A stretch of DNA of 64,000 nt from Acidimicrobiales bacterium (GCA_050744245.1 JBOGGX010000238.1:287-64286); one strand, 5' to 3'. Positions 46,328 through 55,063 are shown, numbered from the stretch's first letter. The notes: generated by a model from the letters alone, not told the origin. Numbers and translations: made by a program.

Positions 46328-48298
46328 GCAGGGAAACGGCCGCGGGCCGCCGTTGATGGTCGTCCCGGCCGAGGGGGTCTCGAGGTTGCAGCTGTCGTCC
46401 ACCGCTCGATGTCTGATCGTGATCGGCCCGAGGGTGGTCGGCATGAACGTGTAGGACCAGGTGGTGCGGCCCGTCGCCGGGTGCCACGTGGTCCCTCCGT
46501 CGATCGACACCTCGACGCCGGCCACCTGGCCGCCACCGGCATCGGTGGCGGTACCCGTGACCGTCAGCGGAGCACCGACGGGAACGGTCGCCCCCTCAGC
46601 CGGCGTCGTGATCGTCGAAACCGGCGGCAGGTGGTCGCCGGACGCTGAGGCGGCCACCAAGCCCGCCTGGAGCGTCGCCGGCTGCACGCCCATGTCGGCC
46701 AGCAGGTTGACCGTCGCCTGCCGCATCCGGACATCAGCCGGCACCTCCTGCTGCGGGTTCGACAGGTGGTACTCGTCGAGGCCCCACGACCACTGACACG
46801 TACCCGAGCCGAACACGACGGCCCCGCCTGCGGCGCGATACATCGTGAGGTGGTGCGTGAGCGGGCCCTCGTGATAGGTGACGCCCTCGTCGTCGAGCAC
46901 CTGCGACGCGATCTCGGTGGTCTCTGACAGCCGAATGAGCCCGGCCGGTCGGAATCCGTTGTCCTCGTCAGAGTCCCACTCGTAGCCGAGGGAGCCCTCG
47001 GCGAGGGTGGCGGTCTGTCCAGGAGTGAGATTGACGATCGACGTGTTCCTCCACAGTCGGAGGCGCCGGTACTCGTAGGGAACCTTGATGGCGAAGTCGT
47101 AGTCGCCCGTTAGGTTGATCGCCCTGAAGAGCGTGCCCGTGAGCGCGTTCTCGGGCAGGCCACCATCGGCCGGAGGGCTGAGTCGCCTGTCGCGCCAGGT
47201 GCCTGTCCACTCCGGGCTGGGATCGATCTTCTGCCCGCCGATCGTCTCCTTGTAACAGACCAGCGTTCGATAGGGCGTGCCGTCGGAGGCCGGCTCCCAC
47301 CGGACCTTCCAGAACACCTCGTTCCCCGTCAGGAAGGCGAGATGGACCCCCGCGCCCCGCGCCGCTTCGACGTTGGTCCGTTGCTGCTTCGACCAGTACT
47401 CGTCATGGCCGGACGAGATGTACACCTTCTTGTTGAGCAGCTCGCCGCCGCGTCGATCGGTGTCGATCCCCGAGATGTAGGCGACGTCATACCCGTTGCG
47501 CTCGAGCCAACGGACGAGCGGGTACTCGGCGTACATGAAGACGTTCTCGACCTCGGTGTCCTCGAACGGGCGGTTGTAGCTCACCTTCGTCGCCCGGCCG
47601 TAGAACGCCGGACCTCCGTACAGGCTGTAGCCGCCCCAACGGTTGTACGCCTGGTAGGTGGTGTCCGAGGTCTGCAGAACCACGTCGGCCGCTCGGCCGT
47701 CGTTGCGCACGACGAACATGATCCGGTTCTCGCCTGCGGCGTCCTGGCGAAGCAGGTTGGCGAAGTACACGCCGGACACCGCCGACGTCGGCACCGCCCA
47801 CGACGCGGAGACCGCCCAGTTGGCACAGTCGACCAGGCCGAGGTCCACGTCGACGAACGGAGCCGGCTGCGCCTGAGGAAGCGCCACGGTCGGCAGGATC
47901 GTGGCGACCCGGCGTGCGCCGTTGCCCTGGTACCAGCCGAGGCGATAGATCTCGATGCGGTAGCTCGTCGACGGAGTGCTGATCTTGAAGTGGATGGTCT
48001 CGCCCGCGTTGACGCTGAACTCAGTGGCGAAGCCCTCGATGCCCTCCTGGAGAAACACGTCCCACTCGGACGACGGGTTGCCGGGCTTGGCATTCTCGAC
48101 GGAGATGGGGTTTGGCGCGGCGTCGGCTGCGCGGCCGAGATACGGCAGGCTGGCCGCGGCGATGCCGGCGCTCGCCGCGCCCTTGATGAAGATTCTCCGA
48201 CCGAACGTTCCCCGCGAAGCGTCCTCGCCGGTCGTCCCGGAAGGATCGCTGTCCTCCGAGCCGTCGGTACGACGCTTCCGCCTGTGCTGTTCGTCCAT
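43436..48298 (-). CDS. 1620-aa Tat-secreted multidomain protein: DMFase-beta-like N-terminal domain, Ig-like domain, 4 x DUF4082 separated by 3 Big_5-type Ig domains
   Basis: - Twin-arginine signal: FGRRIFIKGAASAGIAAASLPYLGRAADA.
- aa 61-550: SDTTYQAYNRWGGYSLYGG, ISSGHDEYWS, LTGNEVFWKVRW.
- Four ~150-aa modules, each ending NYWVDVVF/MF and containing ELGV+F...G.ITG/AIRFYKG.GNTGTHVGHLW..G.LLA...F..E..SGWQQ. Confidence 0.9.
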   Translation of the reverse strand: MDEQHRRKRRTDGSEDSDPSGTTGEDASRGTFGRRIFIKGAASAGIAAASLPYLGRAADAAPNPISVENAKPGNPSSEWDVFLQEGIEGFATEFSVNAGETIHFKISTPSTSYRIEIYRLGWYQGNGARRVATILPTVALPQAQPAPFVDVDLGLVDCANWAVSASWAVPTSAVSGVYFANLLRQDAAGENRIMFVVRNDGRAADVVLQTSDTTYQAYNRWGGYSLYGGPAFYGRATKVSYNRPFEDTEVENVFMYAEYPLVRWLERNGYDVAYISGIDTDRRGGELLNKKVYISSGHDEYWSKQQRTNVEAARGAGVHLAFLTGNEVFWKVRWEPASDGTPYRTLVCYKETIGGQKIDPSPEWTGTWRDRRLSPPADGGLPENALTGTLFRAINLTGDYDFAIKVPYEYRRLRLWRNTSIVNLTPGQTATLAEGSLGYEWDSDEDNGFRPAGLIRLSETTEIASQVLDDEGVTYHEGPLTHHLTMYRAAGGAVVFGSGTCQWSWGLDEYHLSNPQQEVPADVRMRQATVNLLADMGVQPATLQAGLVAASASGDHLPPVSTITTPAEGATVPVGAPLTVTGTATDAGGGQVAGVEVSIDGGTTWHPATGRTTWSYTFMPTTLGPITIRHRAVDDSCNLETPSAGTTINGGPRPFPCTIWHSSASPANPAASDPTPVELGVRFRPTIDGFITGLRFYKGAGNTGTHVGHLWTSGGALLATATFTGETVSGWQQANLPAPVPVTAGTTFVASYFAPNGHYAADGNYFATSGYEVWPLRALVTGEDGPNGVYRDGSSGFPTSTYNAANYWVDVVFNNDNAVAPAVVDRSPAPGIEAVAPSTAISASFSEAMNPSSIVLELRDEFGAVVAGSTAYHGSTRTATFTPSSALATRSHYTATVTAAQDVAGNPLAAAVSWSFTTTTAPGGVPTSLWDSSAGPATPAVNDANAIELGVKFKADVDGHVTAIRFFKGPGDTGTHVGHLWSAGGALLATVTFADESAAGWQQANLDAPVPVTKGSVYVASYHAPVGRYPATSNFFAGSGVDRGPLHGLPSGASGPNGVYRYGEAGFPTSSWAHSNYWVDVMFGVPPDVLGPTVVNQSPGPNLESVATGTTVTATFDEAIDPSSLGFTLRTGAGANVAGAAGYDAASRSATFTPGAALALGATYTAEVSAADPSGNTMTTPAVWSFTTVAGPGLTPCSIWDTSAVPAVAADTDTAPVELGVKLRTDGDGVITAIRFYKGPGNVGPHIGHLWTATGTLLGSVTFAAETATGWQQANLATPIPVGAATTYVASYHAPAGRFAATGGFFTSVGADRPPLHALRSGVDGVNGVYRYGPGGFPTDAYGNTNYWVDVVFRDTSGPSVVAQVPEPGTQNVAATSGLSVRFNEAVQPGTISFELRDSANAPVSGSLTYDPSTMTATFQPNAALAGATSYTATVSGARDVHGNPMAAPVSWSFTTAAAGTSTIFGPTAVPELAAANDAGPLELGVRFMSAVAGEITGVRFYKGPGNTGTHVGNLWSASGALLATAVFATETSSGWQQVDFATPVPVTANATYVASYHAPAGRYSTTRNQFNAPVDAPPLHAFTNGVGGGNGLFAYGSGGFPTGSFSATNYWVDVVFRPT

Positions 48299-48386
48299 GA
48301 CTCGCCTCGACCGCCCTCCGCCGTTCGGGCCCGGGCCATGACGGCACCGCGCTCGTCGGTCCCCCGACGGTGCGGGAACCGGGACG

Positions 48387-48441
48387 AGTATCCGTTCAAA
48401 CCCTGAAGCCAGGCTGAAGTCGACCTGAGAGGACTCTGAAC
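48387..48441 (-). promoter_or_regulatory. S4: 4 x 11-bp phased hexamer array + -10-like hexamer, facing the giant DUF4082 gene
   Basis: Read on the minus strand: GTTCAG-agtcc-TCTCAG-gtcga-CTTCAG-cctgg-CTTCAG-ggtttgaacg-GATACT. Plus-strand CTGAAG/CTGAGA/CTGAAC start at 48403, 48414, 48425 and 48436. ATG at 48298. Confidence 0.7.
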
Positions 48442-48495
48442 CGTGACCTGTGGGAACTGGCTGGCCGCCGGCGGAGGTGGGCGGCGGGCGACATC

Positions 48496-48512
48496 CTGAG
48501 GTTCGGCTGAAG
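48496..48512 (-). promoter_or_regulatory. extra two-hexamer half-array (CTTCAG-N5-CCTCAG on minus strand)
   Basis: Plus-strand CTGAGG (48496) and CTGAAG (48507) are 11 bp apart. They share the orientation of S4 and lie 55 bp further upstream in the S4/wzz2 divergent region. Confidence 0.35.
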
Positions 48513-48608
48513 CCTTCGCCCTCTCTCTGTCGTCAGCACCGGCGCGTCGGTAGTGTCCGACGTCGAGGACACGATGGCGGGCCGTGACCGCTTCGTTCCA
48601 CACATCAC

Positions 48609-49493
48609 ATGACAGAGCACCGCGGACCGAGCACCGAATCCTCCGACGAGGCCGCCGTCGCCGATGGCGAGGAGACGGTGTCGATGGACCTCGTCTCGTT
48701 GGCTCGTCTCTTCGTCCGTCGCTGGTGGGTGACCCTGCCGCTGCTGGCCCTGACCTTGGTCGGCGTCGTGGCCGCGGCGACCTTGTCGCCGCCGGTCTAT
48801 CGGTCGTCCGGTTCGATTGTCCTCCTGAACCCGCCCGCGGCACCCGATCCCAACACGTTGTCGCCGTCCTCGCCGGTCATCAACGCCGAGAACCCGTACG
48901 CGCGATTCAACGACCTCTCGGTGATGGTCGACATCGTCGCCCGGGTGATGTCGAGTGACAGCGCGGAGGCCCGGCTGCGAGAGCTCGGCGTCGACGACTA
49001 CGAGGTCGCGGGCAACCAGACCTTCTCGAGCGGTCCGCTGATCGAGGTGACGGCTGACGCCCCGAGCGCCGAGGCGGCGATTCGATCGGCCGAGCTCGTG
49101 CTCGCCGAGGTGCAGGTCGTGCTCGAGGATCGTCAGCTCAGCCGAGGCACCGACCCGCGTTACCTGATCTCATTCGACACGATCGAGGCGCCGTCACGAA
49201 CCACAACGGTGCTCGGTAGCACGTTGCGGATGGCGATCGCCGTCCTGGCCATCGGAGGACTTTTCACCTTCGGACTCGCGATGCTGGCCGACGTGGTTCT
49301 CGGTCGGCGGGCGGCCAGGGCCGCCAAGCGATCATCGACTGGGCCGAAGAGCCCATCGCCTGGGTCCGCCGCTTCACGGGCGACAACGCCCCCGATCAAC
49401 GGGGCCAGCACCAGTTCCCACCGGTCGCCTCAGACGGCAGGATCCACTCGGCGGCGCCTGCGGCTGCGGCCTCAGCTTCCCGCTCGAAACTGA
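48609..49493 (+). CDS. Wzz-like polysaccharide chain-length determinant protein (no kinase domain), paralog 2
   Basis: 294-aa ORF with the same TM-loop-TM layout and motifs as 32601-33428, and a Ser/Pro-rich C-terminal tail. Confidence 0.8.
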   Translation: MTEHRGPSTESSDEAAVADGEETVSMDLVSLARLFVRRWWVTLPLLALTLVGVVAAATLSPPVYRSSGSIVLLNPPAAPDPNTLSPSSPVINAENPYARFNDLSVMVDIVARVMSSDSAEARLRELGVDDYEVAGNQTFSSGPLIEVTADAPSAEAAIRSAELVLAEVQVVLEDRQLSRGTDPRYLISFDTIEAPSRTTTVLGSTLRMAIAVLAIGGLFTFGLAMLADVVLGRRAARAAKRSSTGPKSPSPGSAASRATTPPINGASTSSHRSPQTAGSTRRRLRLRPQLPARN

Positions 49494-49515
49494 GCACTCG
49501 AGCCGAGCGGTCGCG

Positions 49516-50916
49516 ATGACTGGGCGATCCCAGGACAGCCGAGGTGACGGCTCGACGACCCGGTCGCGCCTGGGTGCGGCCGGGGTCCTTCAGATCTACG
49601 TCGTCCTGCTCATTCTGATCCCGCCCCGCTACGTCGTTCCGCCCCTCGGCGCCGTGGGGACGCCGGCGACGATCGTCGGTCTCGGTGCCCTGCTCCTCTG
49701 GTGCCTGGCCGTCATACTGCCGGGCGGCTACCTGCGACGAACCGTCCTGCCGCTCCGCCTGGTCCTGGTCTTCCTGTTCGGCACCGTTCTCGCGTCGTAC
49801 GCAGTCCTTCATTCGCACTGGGTTCCCGTCGCAGAGCTGCTGAGCTCGGACCGGACACTCCTTCAGGTCCTTTCCTGGCTCGGTGTCGCCCTGCTTGCGG
49901 CGGAGGGTCTCGATGGACTCGACGACGTCTACCGGGTCCTGAGGACGCTTGTCGTGGCGGTCGCCGCGATGTCGATCGTCGGCGTCCTGCAGTTCTATGC
50001 CGGCATCAACCTGGCCGACGTCGCCGGCGTGATCCCAGGCCTGCAGCAGAACGCGTTGCTGGACTCGGTGCAGGCCAGGGCGGGCTTCCGACGTCCGGCC
50101 GGCACGGCCACCCACCCGATCGAGTTCGGGTGCGTGATCGCCATGGTCCTTCCCTTGGCATTGCACCTCGCCCGATTCGACACCACCAGAAGCTGGCTGC
50201 GGCGGTGGTGGCCCCTCGGCGCCATCGCCATGGGGGTCCCCGTCGCCGTGTCGCGGTCGGCCGTTCTCGGCGCGGTCGTCGCCGGCGTGATCATCTTCGT
50301 CGGGTTCGAGCCGAAGGCGCGCCCCCGCGCGCTCGCCGCAGTGGCGATGTTTGCCTGCGTGATCTACGCCACCACTCCTGGTCTCCTGGGCACGCTCCGC
50401 AACATGATCGTCGGGGCCGGCTCCGATCCCAGCATCACGACGCGAACGAGTGACTACGAGGTGGTGGCCGGTTACGTCCAGCGGGCCCCGATCATCGGGC
50501 GAGGTCCAGGAACCTTCCTGGCCGACCACCGCATCCTCGACAATCAGTACCTGCTCACGGTGATCGAGATCGGCCTGGTGGGCCTGTTCGCCGTCGTCGT
50601 CTATCTCGTCGCCACGTCGTTCTTCGGTCGCGGTGCCCGCCACCGCACCTCAGACCCGAGGCTGCGTGATGTCGGGCAGGCCTTGGCTGCGACCGGAATG
50701 GTCGCCGTCGTGACCTCGTTCATGTTCGATGGGTTCTCGTTCCTCATGTACGCCGGCTTGATCCCGCTGACGCTCGGCTTGGCCGCGGGGCTCTGGGCGC
50801 TGGTTCGCGAGTCGGCCCCGATCAACTCCGCTCCACCGCCAGGGGCCGATGAGGCGCCCGTTGGTGCGACGCGTGTCGACGCCACCGCGCTGGTGACGCC
50901 GAACTCAGCTCGGTAG
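49516..50916 (+). CDS. O-antigen ligase/polymerase family membrane protein (Wzy-like)
   Basis: 466-aa ORF with ~10-12 TM helices and a large loop (RAGFRRPAGTATHPIEFG...) typical of the Wzy_C/O-antigen ligase family. Confidence 0.8.
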   Translation: MTGRSQDSRGDGSTTRSRLGAAGVLQIYVVLLILIPPRYVVPPLGAVGTPATIVGLGALLLWCLAVILPGGYLRRTVLPLRLVLVFLFGTVLASYAVLHSHWVPVAELLSSDRTLLQVLSWLGVALLAAEGLDGLDDVYRVLRTLVVAVAAMSIVGVLQFYAGINLADVAGVIPGLQQNALLDSVQARAGFRRPAGTATHPIEFGCVIAMVLPLALHLARFDTTRSWLRRWWPLGAIAMGVPVAVSRSAVLGAVVAGVIIFVGFEPKARPRALAAVAMFACVIYATTPGLLGTLRNMIVGAGSDPSITTRTSDYEVVAGYVQRAPIIGRGPGTFLADHRILDNQYLLTVIEIGLVGLFAVVVYLVATSFFGRGARHRTSDPRLRDVGQALAATGMVAVVTSFMFDGFSFLMYAGLIPLTLGLAAGLWALVRESAPINSAPPPGADEAPVGATRVDATALVTPNSAR

Positions 50917-51825
50917 CAGATGCGCTGAACTGTCGAGCTCGACCGGTCGCCGACTCGGTCGAATGAGCGCCACGGCTGCGGCGCGGGCGGCAACGTTGCC
51001 GACGGCGCTCCGCGTCAACTCGTTCAGCAGGACCGCTCCATAGAACGCCGCGCTCGGCAGTCGCCGGTGTCGCCGTCGGAAGTAGCGCACCCGATTCACG
51101 ACGAGCATGCTGCGCAGCCGGGGAGAGGCCATGCCGCCGCTGTCGCCGTGGCGTACGACCGCGGCCGGCTCGTACACCACTCGGAAGCCGAGCCGACGAG
51201 CGCGATCGGCGAAGTCCGTCTCCTCGGAATAGAGGAAGAAGCTCTCGTCCCACCGCCCGACGGCATCCACGCACGATCGTGTGATGAGCATCGCCGCTCC
51301 GGTGGACCAGTCGACGTCGCGGCGGACGAGGTACGCCCGTGTATCGCCCACGGTCTCGGAAAGGCTGGAGAACCTGCTCGCCAGTCGGTCACCCAGGACC
51401 GCGACACCGAGTGCCCTCGTGACGGACGGATCGCGGCGCAGCGAGAGCTTCAGACGGCCGCTCGTCGAGCGGATCTGCGGCACGACAATCCCGACCGATG
51501 GCTGCTCGGCCGTCCGCAACAGGGTGCGAACGCTTCCTCTCGACAGATCGATGTCGGGATTGAGGACGAGCACCGAGTCGGCGTCACCCAGCCGATCGAG
51601 ACCCTCGTTGATGCCCGCGGCGTAGCCACCATTGGTCGTCAACGCGACCACCTCGAGCCGGGCATCACTGCGGAGCCTGGACACGGTGTCGTCCGACGAG
51701 CTGTTGTCGACGACGACGACGCGTGCGGCCAGTCCTTCAAGGCCGTCGTCCAGCGATGCCAGGAGTCGATCGAGGTGGTCTCGGCTGTTGTAGGTAACGA
51801 CAACGACCCCGACGTCGACCACCAC
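50905..51825 (-). CDS. family-2 glycosyltransferase
   Basis: GTG at 51825/51822 inside ORF 50905-51957. Motifs are VGVVVVTYNSRDHLDRLLASL, VVVVDNSSSDDT, NGGYAAGINEG, VLNPDIDL. Confidence 0.8.
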   Translation of the reverse strand: MVVDVGVVVVTYNSRDHLDRLLASLDDGLEGLAARVVVVDNSSSDDTVSRLRSDARLEVVALTTNGGYAAGINEGLDRLGDADSVLVLNPDIDLSRGSVRTLLRTAEQPSVGIVVPQIRSTSGRLKLSLRRDPSVTRALGVAVLGDRLASRFSSLSETVGDTRAYLVRRDVDWSTGAAMLITRSCVDAVGRWDESFFLYSEETDFADRARRLGFRVVYEPAAVVRHGDSGGMASPRLRSMLVVNRVRYFRRRHRRLPSAAFYGAVLLNELTRSAVGNVAARAAAVALIRPSRRPVELDSSAHLLPS

Positions 51826-51896
51826 CGCCTCCCCCGCCGCGTTGGAACCTGGCTCGAAATTGCCGCGGCCCCACCTTAGGTCCGATGGGGGGTCGA

Positions 51897-53066
51897 TCAG
51901 CCCAGAGGCGCGACGGTGTCGTCCCAGACGTTCCCCGAGTTCACATCGACGTTGCAACGAGTCGTCGGACCCCAGTACCCGCCCCGAGGAAAGAACTCCC
52001 GGGAGATCCGGTTGTTGGTGAATCTCGAGTTTGGCGTCGGAGCAACCGCCCCGCAGTACACGGTGTAGCCGCCGCCCGACATGAGGTTGTTGTCGATCGT
52101 GACGGTGTGGATCGGACCCGTGTTGTTCGACATCAGGATCGCTGCCGTTTGGGAGTTCGGGTTTCGAATCGTGTTGTGGCGGAGCACGATGTTCCGGCCG
52201 CCATCGGATTGGAACCCATCGGCGTGGGCGTCGCTCCCCGGCGAAAGCTCGGGGAGATCACAGAACGAGTCGGTGATGGTGACGTTGACACCCATGTGGG
52301 CGCAGTCGAGCCCGTTGTGGAACCACACCCGCTGCGCGGTGTAGTTGCTGAACGCGATGCCCTTGCCTTCCTCCATTCCGTCCAGGTCGATCTCGACGTC
52401 ACGGATCACGGTGCCGGTCGGATTGGGGGAACCGAAGTTGCGGATGGGATACCAGTCATCGGAGATGACCCTGACCCGTTCGATGATGATGTTGTTGGCC
52501 TCGACGAAGATGCTGCCGTGAACCTCACGGTTCGAGTAGGTCATTCCTGGGGTGGTCAGGTGCACGTCGCCGGACACGACCGTGAGTTGGGTCCCCGGCG
52601 GCACACCGGTGTTGGTTTCGTCGGGGTAGCCGCAGGCACTGGGGTTGGCCATGCAGCCTGGCCCCGGCGGCGCGGGGGTTGTCGTCGTCGTCGGCGGCAG
52701 CGTGGTCGTGGGCTGCGGACGGGTCGTGGTTGTCGGCGGCAGCGTTGTCGTTGACCCGATGGTGGTCGTGGTCGTGCCGGTTGTGGTCGTCGGAGGCCGC
52801 GTGGTCGTCGTCGGCGTCGTGGAGGTCGGCGGACGGGTCGTCGAGGTCGTCGGGCTCGGCGGAGGGCGATGACATCGCGGCGCCCGAGATCCGGGACGAC
52901 AGCGTCGGCGCCCAACGTCTCTCGGCTGGTCGTCGTGGGCCGCCTCGGAGTGGCCGATCAGTTGGGCGGGGCCCTCCAGAACGGCGAGCGGGACGATGAG
53001 CGACAGGAGAGCCAGCGTTGGCGCCAGAACGCGCCTACGCCAGCCGGTACGCGCACGGGAATCCAT
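51897..53066 (-). CDS. secreted/anchored beta-helix protein with Thr/Pro-rich linker
   Basis: Internal ATG (53066) of ORF 51897-53120. An N-terminal hydrophobic anchor LAPTLALLSLIVPLAVL is followed by a ~70-aa T/P linker (TTTTRPPTTTTGTTTTT...) and then beta-helix-like rungs (IIIERVRVISD, VIRDVEIDLDG, VTITDSFCD, IVLRHNTIRN, VTIDNNLMSGGGYTVYCG). Confidence 0.7.
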   Translation of the reverse strand: MDSRARTGWRRRVLAPTLALLSLIVPLAVLEGPAQLIGHSEAAHDDQPRDVGRRRCRPGSRAPRCHRPPPSPTTSTTRPPTSTTPTTTTRPPTTTTGTTTTTIGSTTTLPPTTTTRPQPTTTLPPTTTTTPAPPGPGCMANPSACGYPDETNTGVPPGTQLTVVSGDVHLTTPGMTYSNREVHGSIFVEANNIIIERVRVISDDWYPIRNFGSPNPTGTVIRDVEIDLDGMEEGKGIAFSNYTAQRVWFHNGLDCAHMGVNVTITDSFCDLPELSPGSDAHADGFQSDGGRNIVLRHNTIRNPNSQTAAILMSNNTGPIHTVTIDNNLMSGGGYTVYCGAVAPTPNSRFTNNRISREFFPRGGYWGPTTRCNVDVNSGNVWDDTVAPLG

Positions 53067-53222
53067 TTTGGGCGGGCCCCTCTGATTGTCGACGAGCGAA
53101 ACGGTTCCAAGGCCCGCCAACCCAGGAGAGTGGGCGCTCCCCTCAGTCGACCCGGTGGAATGGCCTCGTCGCTGAATCTTTACTTACGGGCCGCAACATG
53201 CTTGCAACATGGGGCCGGTGCG

Positions 53223-53969
53223 TCAAGCACCAACGAGGGATTCGGCCGAGGTCGTGCGCACGGCAACGATCGACTTGGTGATGCCCAGGGCCCGCTCCCG
53301 CCAGATCTCGGAGTCGGGGAACAGCAGTCGCATCTCGGTCAGCGACAACAGATCGATCCACAACACGGCGCTGACCGATGCACCGTGATCGGTGGTCCGG
53401 GCATGGCCCAAGGGCCAGCGCCGCACGACTGCCGCCCGCAGGGCCACGGGCAGGAACTGCAGCGCCGGGCAGGCCCAGTGGGGTTCGACGGGAAAGTAGC
53501 GGTACGGCGTCTGTACCCAGTGCCGAGGCGCGGCGGCGTGGATGACGTCGCCGAGCTTTTGACGCTGCGAGAACCCGCCGACATGCTCCAGAAGGCTGTT
53601 CGACACGACGAGATCGAACCGCTCGTGACGAATGCTCTGCGGATCGCAGGCATCGTCGACGACGTGACGATGCCACGGCTCGTCGACCGCAGCCGGCTCC
53701 AGGTTGACCGTGGTGACCTCGGTCGGTCGGACCGGTACAGCCTGCCAGAACTGGGGCAGGCCGCCGAGATCGAGCACACGCATGTCCGCCAGGGCGGGGA
53801 AGCGCCGGTGAAGTTCGGTCCACCGGGCGGATCGGGCCCGCGACGCGAACGATCGAGGGTTCTGGTCATCGGTCAGCAGCCGTTGCAGCCGCCGGGCGAC
53901 GGTCGCAGGACGCCCCGCGACCGGCGGTTCGTCGGATGTCACATCCACCTGTCTCTCTCCGTTCCCCAT
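53223..53969 (-). CDS. class I SAM-dependent methyltransferase
   Basis: 248-aa ORF with MRVLDLGG (motif I) and FDLVVSNSLLEHV (motif II/III). Its ATG overlaps the upstream stop by 1 nt. Confidence 0.7.
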   Translation of the reverse strand: MGNGERQVDVTSDEPPVAGRPATVARRLQRLLTDDQNPRSFASRARSARWTELHRRFPALADMRVLDLGGLPQFWQAVPVRPTEVTTVNLEPAAVDEPWHRHVVDDACDPQSIRHERFDLVVSNSLLEHVGGFSQRQKLGDVIHAAAPRHWVQTPYRYFPVEPHWACPALQFLPVALRAAVVRRWPLGHARTTDHGASVSAVLWIDLLSLTEMRLLFPDSEIWRERALGITKSIVAVRTTSAESLVGA

Positions 53970-55051
53970 CAGCGAACAACAGCACCCCGCAGCACGATGC
54001 GGCGGGGGTCCGACAGCACCCGAGGATCCAGCCTCGGATCAGCGTCGTAGACCGCCAGGTCGGCGGGTCCACCCTCGGCGAGGCTCGCCAGGCCGAGCCA
54101 CTCGCGGGCCCGCCACGACCCCGCCGCCACCGCTTCGGTCGCCGGAAGGCCGGCGTGATGCAGCAGCAGGATCTCGTCGACCAGGCGGCCATGCGGGACG
54201 GCACCACCGGCATCAGAGCCCGTGTAGATGGCGACGCCGGCCTCGAACGCGGCCCGGACGACGTCCCGAAACCGGTCCTTCGCACTGCGCATCGACGCCG
54301 CGAAGCGAGGGAACCTGGCCTCGGCCTGGGCCGCGATCGACTCGAAGTTCCATTCGACGTTCACCATCGTCGGCACCAGCGCGGTGCCCTGCGCAGCCAT
54401 ACGGTCCAGCAAGCCGGCGTCAAGACCGCAGCCGTGTTCGATCGAGTCGACCTTGGCGTCGACCAAGGCCTCGACGGCCGCCTCACCGAAGGTATGGACG
54501 GCGACGCGGACGCCGGCACCATGGGCCGTTTCGACCGCCTGGTTGACCGCGGCCGCATCAAAGGTGGGGCCGATGTCCCCGATGTCCCTGTCGATCCAGT
54601 CGCCGACCAGCTTGACCCACCCCGTCCCGGCCGCCGCCTGCTCGAGGACTCGACCGGCGAGCTCATCGGGCGTGCACTCGATCGCCAGCCCTGGGAGGTA
54701 GCGCCGAGGCGGCGCGAGATGCCGACCACAACGGATGAGGCGTGGCACATCCGGATCGTCGTCGAGCGTGCGATAGTCGATGGGAGAGCCGGCGTCACGG
54801 ATGGCCAGCACGCCGGCGTGACGGTCCTCGAGGGCCAAGTCCTTCGCCGCGGCGACGCTCTCGACCGGACGGGAATCCCGACCGATGCCGATGTGGCAGT
54901 GGGCGTCGACGAGCCCGGGCAGGACGAAGCCCCGGTCCGCGATCGTCTCCGCTCCCGTCACCGGGTCGTACGTCAATCGGTCACCGACGATGTAGATGTC
55001 GCGTTGCGCCTCCTCGGGCAACACGACCCCGGCCACGTGGAGCGGGCGCAC
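53969..55051 (-). CDS. amidohydrolase-family metal-dependent hydrolase
   Basis: 360-aa ORF with GFVLPGLVDAHCHIG (HxH metal site), VAVHTFGE and IYTGSDAG. Confidence 0.85.
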   Translation of the reverse strand: MRPLHVAGVVLPEEAQRDIYIVGDRLTYDPVTGAETIADRGFVLPGLVDAHCHIGIGRDSRPVESVAAAKDLALEDRHAGVLAIRDAGSPIDYRTLDDDPDVPRLIRCGRHLAPPRRYLPGLAIECTPDELAGRVLEQAAAGTGWVKLVGDWIDRDIGDIGPTFDAAAVNQAVETAHGAGVRVAVHTFGEAAVEALVDAKVDSIEHGCGLDAGLLDRMAAQGTALVPTMVNVEWNFESIAAQAEARFPRFAASMRSAKDRFRDVVRAAFEAGVAIYTGSDAGGAVPHGRLVDEILLLHHAGLPATEAVAAGSWRAREWLGLASLAEGGPADLAVYDADPRLDPRVLSDPRRIVLRGAVVR

Positions 55052-55063
55052 GAGTGACGCCGG

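Noticed and set aside
43766-46648. A 960-aa ORF on the plus strand, plus several 100-500-aa ORFs inside the giant gene region.
   Set aside because: They are antisense or out-of-frame to the 1620-aa DUF4082 protein, whose frame shows repeated, conserved domain modules. The alternatives are Arg/Gly-rich low-complexity translations.
4384-49866. Isolated CTTCAG/CTGAAG hexamers inside genes or elsewhere (e.g. 4384, 24293, 31946, 32526, 49589, 49861).
   Set aside because: They are single copies without 11-bp phased partners or a downstream -10-like box, as expected by chance for a 6-mer. They are not counted as part of the regulon.
52640-52870. Highly repetitive DNA (runs of GGTCGTGGT / GTCGTCG) that could be mistaken for a tandem repeat or CRISPR-like array.
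   Set aside because: It encodes the Thr/Pro-rich linker of the beta-helix protein on the minus strand. There is no repeat-spacer structure and no cas genes anywhere in the window.
53172-53207. An AT-richer patch (TTGCAA ... GTAAGTAAAGAT on the minus strand) upstream of the beta-helix gene 53066, as a sigma70-type promoter.
   Set aside because: The -35/-10 spacing does not fit well (14-19 nt depending on the hexamer chosen). It may still be a promoter, but I cannot support a specific call.
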